The notes below the pieces were generated by a model. It did no database searches, was not told where the DNA came from, and worked only from the letters and a program-made list of their open reading frames with translations. 64,000 nucleotides of DNA, taken from positions 6,138,001 through 6,202,000 of the forward strand of contig CATNEN010000024.1 of the NCBI GenBank assembly GCA_950097015.1, given 5' to 3'. This document shows positions 1-12,631 of the stretch, one piece after another. Source of the stretch: Macrostomum hystrix (taxonomy: Eukaryota; Animalia; Platyhelminthes). The stretch's first letter is position 1. Each line of letters starts with the position of its first letter. A program made the translations under genes and the position numbers.

Positions 1-168
1 GTCGAGTGAATCTTCTGCCTGAATAGTATAGAGATCGATTGATTTGAGATATTGCTCAGAGGGGCGCGGGCTGCCTAAATCTGCTGGATTGTTCTAAAGT
101 CAAAATAAAACAATCAAAAACATTATTTTCTTCTTCTTGTGTTTAAGATACTTGGAAACCAACATTTC

Positions 169-1620
169 ACCTACCAGTCTACTCAGAAACCTACCAGTCT
201 ACTCAGATACCTACCAGTCTACTCAGATACCTACCAGTCTACTCAGATACCTACCAGTCTACTCAGAAACCTACCAGTCTACTCAGAAACCTACCAGTCT
301 ACTAAGATACCTACCAGTCTACTCAGATACCTACCAGTCTACTCAGATACCTACCAGTCTACTCAGATACCTACCAGTCTACTCAGAAATCTACCAGTCT
401 ACTCAGAAATCTACCAGTCTACTAAGATACCTACCAGTCTACTAAGATACCTACCAGTCTACTAAGATACCTACCAGTCTACTCAGATACCTACCAGTCT
501 ACTCAGATACCTACCAGTCTACTCAGATACCTACCAGTCTACTCAGAAACCTACCAGTCTACTCAGATACCTACCAGTCTACTCAGATACCTACCAGTCT
601 ACTCAGAAACCTACCAGTCTACTAAGATACCTACCAGTCTACTCAGATACCTACCAGTCTACTCAGATACCTACCAGTCTACTCAGATACCTACCAGTCT
701 ACTCAGATACCTACCAGTCTACTCAGATACCTACCAGTCTACTCAGATACCTACCAGTCTACTCAGAAACCTACCAGTCTACTAAGATACCTACCAGTCT
801 ACTCAGATACCTACCAGTCTACTCAGATACCTACCAGTCTACTCAGATACCTACCAGTCTACTCAGATACCTACCAGTCTACTCAGATACCTACCAGTCT
901 ACTCAGAAACCTACCAGTCTACTAAGATACCTACCAGTCTACTCAGATACCTACCAGTCTACTCAGATACCTACCAGTCTACTCAGATACCTACCAGTCT
1001 ACTCAGAAATCTACCAGTCTACTCAGAAATCTACCAGTCTACTAAGATACCTACCAGTCTACTAAGATACCTACCAGTCTACTCAGATACCTACCAGTCT
1101 ACTAAGATACCTACCAGTCTACTAAGAAACCTACCAATCTACTCAGATACCTACCAGTCTACTAAGATACCTACCAGTCTACTCAGATACCTACCAGTCT
1201 ACTCAGATACCTACCAGTCTACTCAGATACCTACCAGTCTCCTCAAATACCTACCAGTCTACTAAGATACCTACCAGTCTCCTCAAATACCTACCAGTCT
1301 TCTCAGATACCTACCAGTCTCCTCAGATACCTACCAGTCTCCTCAAATACCTACCAGTCTACTAAGATACCTACCAGTCTACTCAGATACGTACCAGTCT
1401 CCTCAAATACCTACCAGTCTACTCAGATACCTACCAGTCTACTCAGATACCTACCAGTCTACTCAGATACCTACCAGTATCCTCAGAAACCTGCCAGTTT
1501 CCTCAGATACCTACCAGTCTACTCAGATACCTATTAGTCTACTCAGACACGTACCAGTCAACTCAGACACCTACTAGTCTCGTTCGAAACCTACTAGTCC
1601 TGTCAGATTACCTACTAGTC
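169..1620 (+). repeat. 20-bp tandem minisatellite (CTACCAGTCTACTCAGATAC)n, ~70 copies, degenerating at the right end
   Basis: Unit recurs with exact 20-nt register line after line; point variants AAAC/AAAT/AAGA. Confidence 0.97.
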
Positions 1621-1649
1621 TCCTTAGATTCCAGTCACCCCACCCTATC

Positions 1650-2005
1650 AGTCTCACCGGTGACATAGTCCACCTCAACCTCAATGAGGTACCGGGCTCG
1701 AATCCCGTTGCCAACCGGACTCGCCGGAACAGTCGCAGGAGCGGCCACCGTTGCCGGATGCAACGCCTGACTCCCAACTGTCGCACTACCGATGTGCAGC
1801 GGCAGAAACAGCATCGTTGCTATGACAACAGCTCGAAATTGCAGTCGTGAATGCTTCGGAGAAATCATATTTTGCGGTCCTAACTTCGTCGGTTAACAAT
1901 AGAAGAAGTTTAAACTCAACTGCTGCTCACTTACTTCGCGCTCTAATTCTTTCTAGCTAGCTCTGCTTCTGTGCTATTAAGCGCCAATAAATAATAACAC
2001 TACTC
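1650..2005 (+). mobile_element. Possible degenerate SINE-like or LTR-like repeat
   Basis: B-box-like GGCTCGAATCCC near 1696, GC-rich body, ends in AATAAATAATAACAC. No second copy in the window, so weak. Confidence 0.2.
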
Positions 2006-2405
2006 AATAGGAACATTGACAATCGACTGCTCAACGAGGCAGGCGCCTCTGCTTTTACTTTGAAAACCCGCCGCTGCTTTTTAATACAGTAGTTTAATAC
2101 TAGAGGAACAAGCTTTTGCTAGCTGCAATCTGATTGGTCGGCCGCGGCCTGTCTCTGTAACCGAGTGAGCGCAGCTACTCAAACAAGGATTGCCGGGCCA
2201 CTCAGTTAAAAGTTGAAGCCTTTTAACAGCAAGCTCAAAAGACTGTCTCCATCATTAATTAGCGATTTGACTGAAAACTAGAGTTTTTTAAGGAAGTAGA
2301 AATATCGCGTAACCTTGCTGAGTCATACTGATTAACAAATCAGCGCTAATCCTGCTCAGGTCTCAAAGTAATATCATTATCCTAGAGCACCTCAAAGTAT
2401 TGACA

Positions 2406-2610
2406 GGCCTGAACCTTCATGGCCTGAACCTTCATGGCCTGAACCTTCATGGCCTGAACCTCCATGGCCTGGACCTTCATGGCCTGGACCTTCATGGCCT
2501 GAACCTTCATGGCCTGAACCTTCATGGCCTGAACCTTCATGGCCTGAACCTTCATGGCCTGGACCCTTCTTGGCGAGGACTCTTCATGCCATGGACCTTC
2601 CATGGCCTGG
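2406..2610 (+). repeat. 15-bp tandem repeat (GGCCTGAACCTTCAT)n, ~13 copies
   Basis: Directly visible; explains the HGLNL/VQAMK ORFs. Confidence 0.95.
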
Positions 2611-3361
2611 AATCTTAAGCTAATTATGGATTGGATCTGAAGCGGAAAAAATTAGCATCAAAGAGTATAATTTTCACTCAATAAACCCTTATTCTACTGT
2701 TAGTAAAACAGTTGCGCTTGAATTAGAATTTTCTGTTGGAAATTTTTTTCTCATCTTGCTACTTGTAGTAGGATACTGGAGAAATATTAAATAAAAAGGA
2801 CTTCAATATTATTTTTGTTGGACAAGCTATTCAGATGCAACATTGGGCAATAGGTGTAACACCTATGCATTATTTAAGTAACAGAAATTGTGCAGGCCAG
2901 CTTTTTATCGGGAAATCAGCCGCCCCCTCTTGACCTCCGGCAGCATTTTCGAGCGGGGATCAGAAATCAAGGCCCTTCGGTTGCTGGGGGAGCATTGACA
3001 CAGATTCGCTGGCATAAATCATAACTGTGATTTCCCCAGTTGTAGCTGAAACTTCCCAGTGAAATAGGCGGGAAAATCGGAAATTTACGACCTGATCAAA
3101 TCCCTGTTCGCTATGGCTAGTCCTTGCCCTAAGGATTGCAAGGTGCAGCTTACACACGTGCAATTCTGCCCCTAGGGGCGGATGAAATGAGTGCAGAATT
3201 CCAGACTGTGCAGACTACACTCTCTACTTGATTTCATAGACAGTGTACCTGCAGTGCGACTTTAGAGTGAATTGTCTATCCTTCCTTATCTTACTATTTC
3301 TGCATTCTCCTAAGACCTTAAAGTTTGGTCAAAACACAACAGCTTGTTATTGTTTATAGGC

Positions 3362-3800
3362 AGAGAGAGAATGGAGAGAGAAGGGAGAGAGAAGGGAGAG
3401 AGAAGGGAGAGAGAAAGGAGAGAGACCGGAGAGAGAAGGGAGAGAGAAGGAAGAGAATGGAGAGAGAAGGGGGAGAGAATGGAGAGAGAAGGGAGAGAGA
3501 ACGGAGAGAGAAGGGAGAGAGAACGGAGAGAGAACGGAGAGAGAATGGAGAGAGAAGGAAGAGAGAACGGAGAGAGAGAGGGAGAGAGGGAGAGAGAACG
3601 GAGAGAGAACGGAGAGAGAATGGAGAGAGAAGGGAGAGAGAACAGAGAGAGAGGGAGAGAGAAGGGAGAGAGAACGGAGAGAGAACGGAGAGAGAGGGCG
3701 AGAGAAGGGAGAGAGAAGGGAGAGAGAAGGGAGAGAGAAGGGGAGAGAGGGAGAGAGAGTGGGAGAGAGAGAGGGAGAGAGAAGGGAGAGAGAAGGGATG
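3362..3800 (+). repeat. GA-rich low-complexity array (GGAGAGAGAA-type)
   Basis: Almost pure purine tract on the + strand. Confidence 0.95.
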
Positions 3801-4240
3801 GAGAATATTAAGTATTTAGAAAGTAGAATCTAAAATCCCATGATGAAGGTAGAAGTGTGTGTGCAGGTACTGCAGTTTCACTGTCCGATTGCTAATATTG
3901 TGCCTGTTATTTAATAATTGCTGGCCCAGGCGAACACCTTCTCTGTCATGACATTTATATATTTTGTGAAAGCACAAATGAAGATAGAGGGCCCGTGACA
4001 AGCTTGAGCAGGTTGGCGAGCAGAATGTGAAGTGTGGAGAGCAGGAAAGAATTTGTTAGTAAATCAGAATGAAATTGAGGTGTCAGATGTGCAGGGTGCA
4101 AATAATCTGGCCAGGTGTTAAAGGTCTGCACTCAAGAATCCCCCAATAACACGCGGATCCCAAGAAGCCAAGTAATAATACAGTTGCACTACAGGATCAA
4201 ATGACCTAAGGATTAGTGGCCTGAAATGCTGCCACTTCAG

Positions 4241-7200
4241 GTGATTGATGTGAGCTGTGATCAGTGTGAGTGTGTGATTGATCTGAGATGTGATCAATGT
4301 GAGTGTGTGATTGATGTGAGCTGTGATCAATGTGAGTGTGTGATTGATGTGAGCTGTGATCAGTGTGAGTGTGTGATTGATCTGAGATGTGATCAATGTG
4401 AGTGTGTGATTGATGTGAGCTGTGATCAATGTGAGTGTGTGATTGATGTGAGCTGTGATCAGTGTGAGTGTGTGATTGATCTGAGATGTGATCAATGTGA
4501 GTGTGTGATTGATGTGAGCTGTGATCAATGTGAGTGTGTGATTGATGTGAGCTGTGATCAATGTGAGTGTGTGATTGATGTGAGCTGTGATCAATGTGAG
4601 TGTGTGATTGATGTGAGCTGTGATCAATGTGAGTGTGTGATTGATGTGAGATGTTATCAGTGTGAGTGTGTGATTGATTTGAGATGTGATCAATGTGAGT
4701 GTGTGATTGATGTGAGCTGTGATCAGTGTGAGTGTGTGATTGATGTGAGCTGTGATCAGAGTGAGTGTGGAGTTGATGTGAGCTGTGATCAATGTGAGTG
4801 TGTGATTGATGTGAGCTGTGATCAGTGTGAGTGTGTGATTGATCTGAGATGTGATCAATGTGAGTGTGTGATTGATCTGGGCTGTGATCAGTGTGAGTGT
4901 GTGGTTGATGTGAGCTGTGATCAGTGTGAGTGTGTGATTGATCTGAGATGTGATCAATGTGAGTGTGTGATTGATGTGAGCTGTGATCAATGTGAGTGTG
5001 TGATTGATGTGAGCTGTGATCAGTGTGAGTGTGTGATTGATCTGAGCTGTGATCAATGTGAGTGTGTGATTGATGTGAGATGTGATCAGTGTGTGTGTGT
5101 GATTGATGTGAGCTGTGATCAGTGTGAGTGTGTGATTGATCTGAGATGTGATCAATGTGAGTGTGTGATTGATGTGAGCTGTGATCAATGTGAGTGTGTG
5201 ATTGATGTGAGCTGTGATCAGTGTGAGTGTGTGATTGATCTGAGCTGTGATCAATGTGAGTGTGTGATTGATGTGAGATGTGATCAGTGTGTGTGTGTGA
5301 TTGATGTGAGCTGTGATCAGTGTGAGTGTCTGATTGATCTGAGATGTGATCAATGTGAGTGTGTGATTGATGTGAGCTGTGATCAATGTGAGTGTGTGAT
5401 TGATCTGAGATGTGATCAATGTGAGTGTGTGATTGATCTGGGCTGTGATCAGTGTGAGTGTGTGGTTGATGTGAGCTGTGATCAGTGTGAGTGTGTGATT
5501 GATCTGAGATGTGATCAATGTGAGTGTGTGATTGATGTGAGCTGTGATCAATGTGAGTGTGTGATTGATGTGAGCTGTGATCAGTGTGAGTGTGTGATTG
5601 ATCTGAGCTGTGATCAATGTGAGTGTGTGATTGATGTGAGATGTGATCAGTGTGTGTGTGTGATTGATGTGAGCTGTGATCAGTGTGAGTGTGTGATTGA
5701 TCTGAGATGTGATCAATGTGAGTGTGTGATTGATGTGAGCTGTGATCAATGTGAGTGTGTGATTGATCTGAGATGTGATCAGTGTGAGTGTGTGATTGAT
5801 GTGAGCTGTGATCAATGTGAGTGTGTGATTGATGTGAGCTGTGATCAGTGTGAGTGTGTGATTGATCTGAGATGTGATCAATGTGAGTGTGTGATTGATC
5901 TGGGCTGTGATCAGTGTGAGTGTGTGGTTGATGTGAGCTGTGATCAGTGTGAGTGTGTGATTGATCTGAGATGTGATCAATGTGAGTGTGTGATTGATGT
6001 GAGCTGTGATCAATGTGAGTGTGTGATTGATGTGAGCTGTGATCAGTGTGAGTGTGTGATTGATCTGAGCTGTGATCAATGTGAGTGTGTGATTGATGTG
6101 AGATGTGATCAGTGTGTGTGTGTGATTGATGTGAGCTGTGATCAGTGTGAGTGTGTGATTGATCTGAGATGTGATCAATGTGAGTGTGTGATTGATGTGA
6201 GCTGTGATCAATGTGAGTGTGTGATTGATGTGAGCTGTGATCAGTGTGAGTGTGTGATTGATCTGAGATGTGATCAATGTGAGTGTGTGATTGATGTGAG
6301 CTGTGATCAATGTGAGTGTGTGATTGAATGTGAGCTGTGATCAGTGTGAGTGTGTGATTGATCTGAGATGTGATCAATGTGAGTGTGTGATTGATGTGAG
6401 ATGTGATCAGTGTGAGTGTGTGATTGATGTGAGATGTGATCAGTGTGAGGGTGTGATTGATGTGAGCTGTGATCAGTGTGAGTGTGTGATTGATGTGAGC
6501 TGTGATCAGAGTGAGTGTGTGATTGATGTGAGCTGTGATCAATGTGAGTGTGTGATTGATCTGGGCTGTGATCAGTGTGAGTGTGTGGTTGATGTGAGCT
6601 GTGATCAGTGTGAGTGTGTGATTGATCTGAGATGTGATCAATGTGAGTGTGTGATTGATGTGAGCTGTGATCAATGTGAGTGTGTGATTGATGTGAGCTG
6701 TGATCAGTGTGAGTGTGTGATTGATCTGAGCTGTGATCAATGTGAGTGTGTGATTGATGTGAGATGTGATCAGTGTGTGTATGTGATTGATGTGAGCTGT
6801 GATCAGTGTGAGTGTGTGATTGATCTGAGATGTGATCAATGTGAGTGTGTGATTGAGGTGAGCTGTGATCAATGTGAGTGTGTGATTGATGTGAGCTGTG
6901 ATCAGTGTGAGTGTGTGATTGATCTGAGATGTGATCAATGTGAGTGTGTGATTGATGTGAGCTGTGATCAATGTGAGTGTGTGATTGATGTGAGCTGTGA
7001 TCAGTGTGAGTGTGTGATTGATCTGAGATGTGATCAATGTGAGTGTGTGATTGATGTGAGCTGTGATCAGTGTGAGTGTGTGATTGATCTGAGCTGTGAT
7101 CAATGTGAGTGTGTGATTGATGTGAGATGTGATCAGTGTGTGTGTGTGATTGATGTGAGCTGTGATCAGTGTGAGTGTGTGATTGATGTGAGCTGTGATC

Positions 7201-9522
7201 AGTGTGAGTGTGTGATTGATCTGAGCTGTGATCAATGTGAGTGTGTGATTGATGTGAGCTGTGATCAGTGTGAGTGTGTGATTGATCTGAGCTGTGATCA
7301 GTGTGAGTGTGTGATTGATGTGAGCTGTGATCAATGTGAGTGTGTGATTGATGTGAGCTGTGATCAGTGTGAGTGTGTGATTGATCTGAGATGTGATCAA
7401 TGTGAGTGTGTGATTGATGTGAGATGTGATCAGTGTGAGTGTGTGATTGATGTGAGATGTGATCAGTGTGAGGGTGTGATTGATGTGAGCTGTGATCAGT
7501 GTGAGTGTGTGATTGATGTGAGCTGTGATCAGAGTGAGTGTGTGATTGATGTGAGCTGTGATCAATGTGAGTGTGTGATTGATGTGAGCTGTGATCAGTG
7601 TGAGTGTGTGATTGATCTGAGCTGTGATCAGTGTGAGTGTGTGATTGATGTGAGATGTGATCAATGTGAGTGTGTGATTGATGTGAGCTGTGATCAATGT
7701 GAGTGTGTGATTGATGTGAGCTGTGATCAGTGTGAGTGTGTGATTGATCTGAGCTGTGATCAATGTGAGTGTGTGATTGATGTGAGATGTGATCAGTGTG
7801 TGTATGTGATTGATGTGAGCTGTGATCAGTGTGAGTGTGTGATTGATCTGAGATGTGATCAATGTGAGTGTGTGATTGAGGTGAGCTGTGATCAATGTGA
7901 GTGTGTGATTGATGTGAGCTGTGATCAGTGTGAGTGTGTGATTGATCTGAGATGTGATCAATGTGAGTGTGTGATTGATGTGAGCTGTGATCAATGTGAG
8001 TGTGTGATTGATGTGAGCTGTGATCAGTGTGAGTGTGTGATTGATGTGAGATGTGATCAATGTGAGTGTGTGATTGATGTGAGATGTGATCAGTGTGAGT
8101 GTGTGATTGATGTGAGATGTGATCAGTGTGAGGGTGTGATTGATGTGAGCTGTGATCAGTGTGAGTGTGTGATTGATGTGAGCTGTGATCAATGTGAGTG
8201 TGTGATTGATGTGAGCTGTGATCAGTGTGAGTGTGTGATTGATCTGAGATGTTATCAATGTGAGTGTGTGATTGATGTGAGCTGTGATCAGTGTGAGTGT
8301 GTGATTGATGTGAGCTGTGATCAGTGTGAGTGTGTGATTGATCTGAGATGTGATCAGTGTGAGTGTGTGATTGATGTGAGATGTGATCAGTGTGAGTGTG
8401 TGATTGATGTGAGCTGTGATCAGTGTGAGTGTGTGATTGATGTGAGCTGTGATCAGTGTGAGTGTGTGATTGATGTGAGCTGTGATCAGTGTGAGTGTGT
8501 GATTGATGTGAGATGTGATCAGTGTGAGTGTGTGATTGATGTGAGCTGTGATCAGTGTGAGTGTGTGATTGATCTGAGCTGTGATCAGTGTGAGTGTGTG
8601 ATTGATGTGAGCTGTGATCAGTGTGAGTGTGTGATTGATGTGAGATGTGATCAGTGTGAGTGTGTGATTGATCTGGGCTGTGATCAGTGTGAGTGTGTGA
8701 TTGATGTGAGCTGTGATCAGTGTGAGTGTGTGATTGATCTGAGATGTGATCAATGTGAGTGTGTGATTGATGTGAGCTGTGATCAATGTGAGTGTGTGAT
8801 TGATGTGAGCTGTGATCAGTGTGAGTGTGTGATTGATCTGAGATGTGATCAATGTGAGTGTGTGATTGATGTGAGATGTGATCAGTGTGAGTGTGTGATT
8901 GATGTGAGATGTGATCAGTGTGAGTGTGTGATTGATCTGAGATGTGATCAGTGTGAGTGTGTGATTGATGTGAGCTGTGATCAATGTGAGTGTGTGATTG
9001 ATGTGAGCTGTGATCAGTGTGAGTGTGTGATTGATCTGAGATGTGATCAATGTGAGTGTGTGATTGATCTGGGCTGTGATCAGTGTGAGTGTGTGGTTGA
9101 TGTGAGCTGTGATCAGTGTGAGTGTGTGATTGATCTGAGATGTGATCAATGTGAGTGTGTGATTGATGTGAGCTGTGATCAATGTGAGTGTGTGATTGAT
9201 GTGAGCTGTGATCAGTGTGAGTGTGTGATTGATCTGAGCTGTGATCAATGTGAGTGTGTGATTGATGTGAGATGTGATCAGTGTGTGTGTGTGATTGATG
9301 TGAGCTGTGATCAGTGTGAGTGTGTGATTGATCTGAGATGTGATCAATGTGAGTGTGTGATTGATGTGAGCTGTGATCAATGTGAGTGTGTGATTGATGT
9401 GAGCTGTGATCAGTGTGAGTGTGTGATTGATCTGAGATGTGATCAATGTGAGTGTGTGATTGATGTGAGCTGTGATCAATGTGAGTGTGTGATTGATGTG
9501 AGCTGTGATCAGAGTGAGTGTG
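4241..9522 (+). repeat. 33-bp tandem satellite (GTGATTGATGTGAGCTGTGATCAGTGTGAGTGT)n, ~160 copies
   Basis: 11-codon periodicity in the ORF track (ITAHINHTLTL / CDQCECVIDVS). One extra A near 6328 shifts the register. Confidence 0.98.
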
Positions 9523-10827
9523 AATAAACAAATATTGATTATGATCCTTAGCTTCTGTCAGTCGCATTGCTAAAGCTTTAAAGTTAGATTCAGTCGCTAG
9601 CTCGACCACAAAAAGCTGAAATCAATGTGGCTCGGGATATTCTAGTCATGGATTTCCAGTGATCCCACTGCCAATAGATTGATCAAGCCATGCAAAGTGT
9701 GGCTTCGCTGAAGCAGAAATGGGCTAAAAATTGAACTTGGAATTTGCCCCTACGAGACACTGAAATTCCGGCCCTTTTTATCCGCCGGCAAATTTAGGAA
9801 CAGACGGCTGCCAACGGGGCTGCTGGATAATGGGTGGGCTTAGAGACAGCCCAGACTTTCCCCGGAAGTGAAAGTAAAAAGCAGGCTTAGAAAAAGCTTT
9901 CTTCTTCTAGTTTCCTTCTCAAGGAAGAAACAAGCTCACCCGTAAACAGTGACATGTCCGATATCTTCAACTCAACCATCGGCTGCACGGATCGGCCGCC
10001 GGTGATGACCATTGCTGGGCTGGGAGGAATAATGTTTGCTTTGAGAGAACACTTTCTGCTTCTTGTTCTTGGCTTCTTGTTCTCAAAATAGAGAAGGAAT
10101 CGCGTGCGGATCATGAGGGTTGGAGCAGGCTTGGCTGACCAATGAGGTGGCAACTAAAGTTTTAGGGACACAGCAGCTTTTGAGTGACTGGTCCGCTCAC
10201 TCACAAGCATATGGCAGTGCGGCTTGCCGGTCTGTGTGTTTGTTTGGCAGACCGCAAGCAGTGTTGGAATGGCTGCCACAGAAGTAAAACTAAATTAATG
10301 GCAAAAAGAAAATTATTGTTTGGATAGGAAGAAAATTATTTATGAAATTTGTAACTTATCTCTTCTAAACTAACTATGACTATTTGGATAATATGGCAAA
10401 GATATCCCAAGGTTTTGAGGATTTTTCTGCTGCAACAATAGAAGATTGACAGTTAAAGGGGAGAATTTATCCTTCCCAGCGTGCTCCGACTACTGAAATC
10501 TCAGCCCCATTAATGATCTCCAGCTTAGCTCTGTGGGGGGTAGCCGTAACTACCTGTCCCATTCGATTTCCCAGATCCCAAACCTGTTTGAATAGAGGTC
10601 CCATTCCTCTTTTTATCCCATTTTTAGAAATCGATTATCGATGCTCGCTTTAGGTGCAGCCGCTGCTGCTTATTGACGTCCTTCGTCTACTTCTCTTTGA
10701 AGAAATGGCCGATACCTATTGAAAACTAAAGAACATTTTCACAAAAGCGTAACTTATAATAAGCGACTATGAGTAATTGCCCCATAAAACTGTTATCGTT
10801 ATCGTATGTGTATTCGGTCATTACACC

Positions 10828-11294
10828 ATTGGGTCATGGGTACATTGGGTCATGGGTACATTGGGTCACGGGTACATTGGGTCATGGGTACATTGGGTCA
10901 CGGGTACATTGGGTCATGGGTACATCGGGTCAGGGGTGGGAGAATGGGTCATGTGTCATTGGGTCATGGGTCATTGGGTCATTGGGTCATGGGTCATGGG
11001 TACCAAAGTCCTAAAGTTCGATTCCACAGCGAGGCCACATTTATTTGGGGCGCAGCCGCGGAGAGAAGGCTTGGGGGCTTGTCGTGCAATTTACGCCCTT
11101 GAGGGCCAACCTCCAAGGCGATGAGAAAGTCAGGGCAGATGTACACACCTGTGTGAGTGTGTGCCTGCGTACAGTATCTGAGCGCGTGTGTACTCAGGAG
11201 TCCGCGAAGTGGGCCGAATTGCCTCCTCGCTGGCTGGGTCTAGTGTCACCAAATGATGTGCCATTGCCCGCAGCCCTCCTGCAATTATTATTAA

Positions 11295-11325
<31 letters not shown>

Positions 11326-11372
11326 TATATTGGGTCATGAGATCATTGGGTCATAGGGTCATGGGTCATGGA
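10828..11372 (+). repeat. GGGTCAT/GGGTACATT short tandem array interrupted by a SINE at ~11001-11330
   Basis: Repeat units on both sides of the SINE. Confidence 0.85.
11001..11330 (+). mobile_element. tRNA-derived SINE, family 1, copy 1 (A box missing)
   Basis: B box GTTCGATTC near 11017; body GAGAAAGTCAGGGCAGATGTACACAC...GGTCTAGTGTCACCAAATGATG...CCCGCAGCCCTCCTGCAA shared with three other copies; (ATT)n tail. Confidence 0.85.
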
Positions 11373-11494
11373 CACAGACAATCAGTCACCCTACTTCAAC
11401 TAGTTTATATGGTATTTTGAAAAATATAGTTCCTATCCTTATCTTCGCTATCAAAGAGAGAACGGTGAATGCCGAATTAATAACGAATATTGTT

Positions 11495-11505
11495 AGCAGC
11501 AGCAG

Positions 11506-11545
<40 letters not shown>

Positions 11546-11546
11546 T

Positions 11547-11594
<48 letters not shown>

Positions 11595-11597
11595 TCA
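11495..11597 (+). repeat. (CAG)n trinucleotide microsatellite
   Basis: About 30 AGC/CAG units with two CAATC interruptions. Confidence 0.95.
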
Positions 11598-12631
11598 GCA
11601 GTGTGATCAGTGTGAGCAGTGGAAGCCAGCGCCCACCCGGCAGCAGATTTTAGATTTCATTCATTATGGCGTTTAGACAGGAGAAAAGCGGCCGCATCGC
11701 TGGTGCTTGGCAATAATTTGCTGGCGCGAATCGAACCAGCCGCTACCCCGCCAAAGAAGTTCTTGATTGAATTTCAGCCTTCAATTCGAAAGTCAATGGC
11801 CTCTGCTGGCAGTCGAAAAGTATTTCTCTAGCACAGACGGGACCGAGAGAAAATTTCACAATCGATGATCGCTTGTCTATTAAGCTGTCGATAAATCACG
11901 GACATAAGCTTATGATAGTGGGGCCCGCTCTCTTTGTCAAAGTTAGTTTTCTTTCTCCCACTCATGCGGTAACACAGACGGAACTGGGTCTAATGCTGAT
12001 CCCTGAGACGGTCGGGACTAGACAGTGGCTAGCTTGGATTATTAACCTGTCAGGATGCGTTAAGTCGTTTCGAGTTAGCTGTGCTCGACGAGAAAGCGCC
12101 TACGGGATTTCTACCCCGTCCTGACTCCCTGATCCGCCCCCCGCCGCACTCAGAATCTCCGTCTGCAGCCCAGGCCAGGATCAGGAAGCGAAGCACAGAG
12201 AGATGAGACGGGCTGAGAGTTGGGATAAAAACTAAGACTCTGGGAGGAAACCAATGAGGAAGATACGAACTTCTCTAAGCCCTCTCCTCTCTGCGGAGAT
12301 AGTTTATAGCGCGAAAAGGCGATCATTGGTGAGACACTGAAATCTGAATTCAGACTGCGAACTGAAATGGACCGTGATTTAAAGAGCTCAGCTTGTGCGT
12401 CCTTAGCAACCACCACGATGCCGGAATTGAGATTTGTTTGGCAAGACGAGAAACCGTTTATATTGCAACTGTCCGGAGGGACTTGAGGAAAAGGAAAGCA
12501 TATCAAAACAACAGTTTATTAAAATGTCTGGTATCAGTTCTGTATTGAAAAATAAATAACTCCTAAAAACTTTTAGGTAAAAAACAAGAAAAAAGTATAT
12601 GAACTAACCAAAGCGATCCGCATCCCGAAAA

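Noticed and set aside
4118-9609. ORFs of 700-1757 aa (Cys-rich metallothionein-like, His-rich)
   Set aside because: Pure translations of a stop-free 33-bp satellite, open in several frames on both strands; no unique domain.
9610-10760. Possible decayed coding or transposon sequence (also 11640-12120, 25560-26100, 42480-42900)
   Set aside because: Higher-complexity sequence, but I could not match any motif with confidence; needs BLASTX/Dfam.
11417-11653. PolyQ/polyA protein
   Set aside because: TTG-started short ORF over a CAG microsatellite with no supporting coding context.
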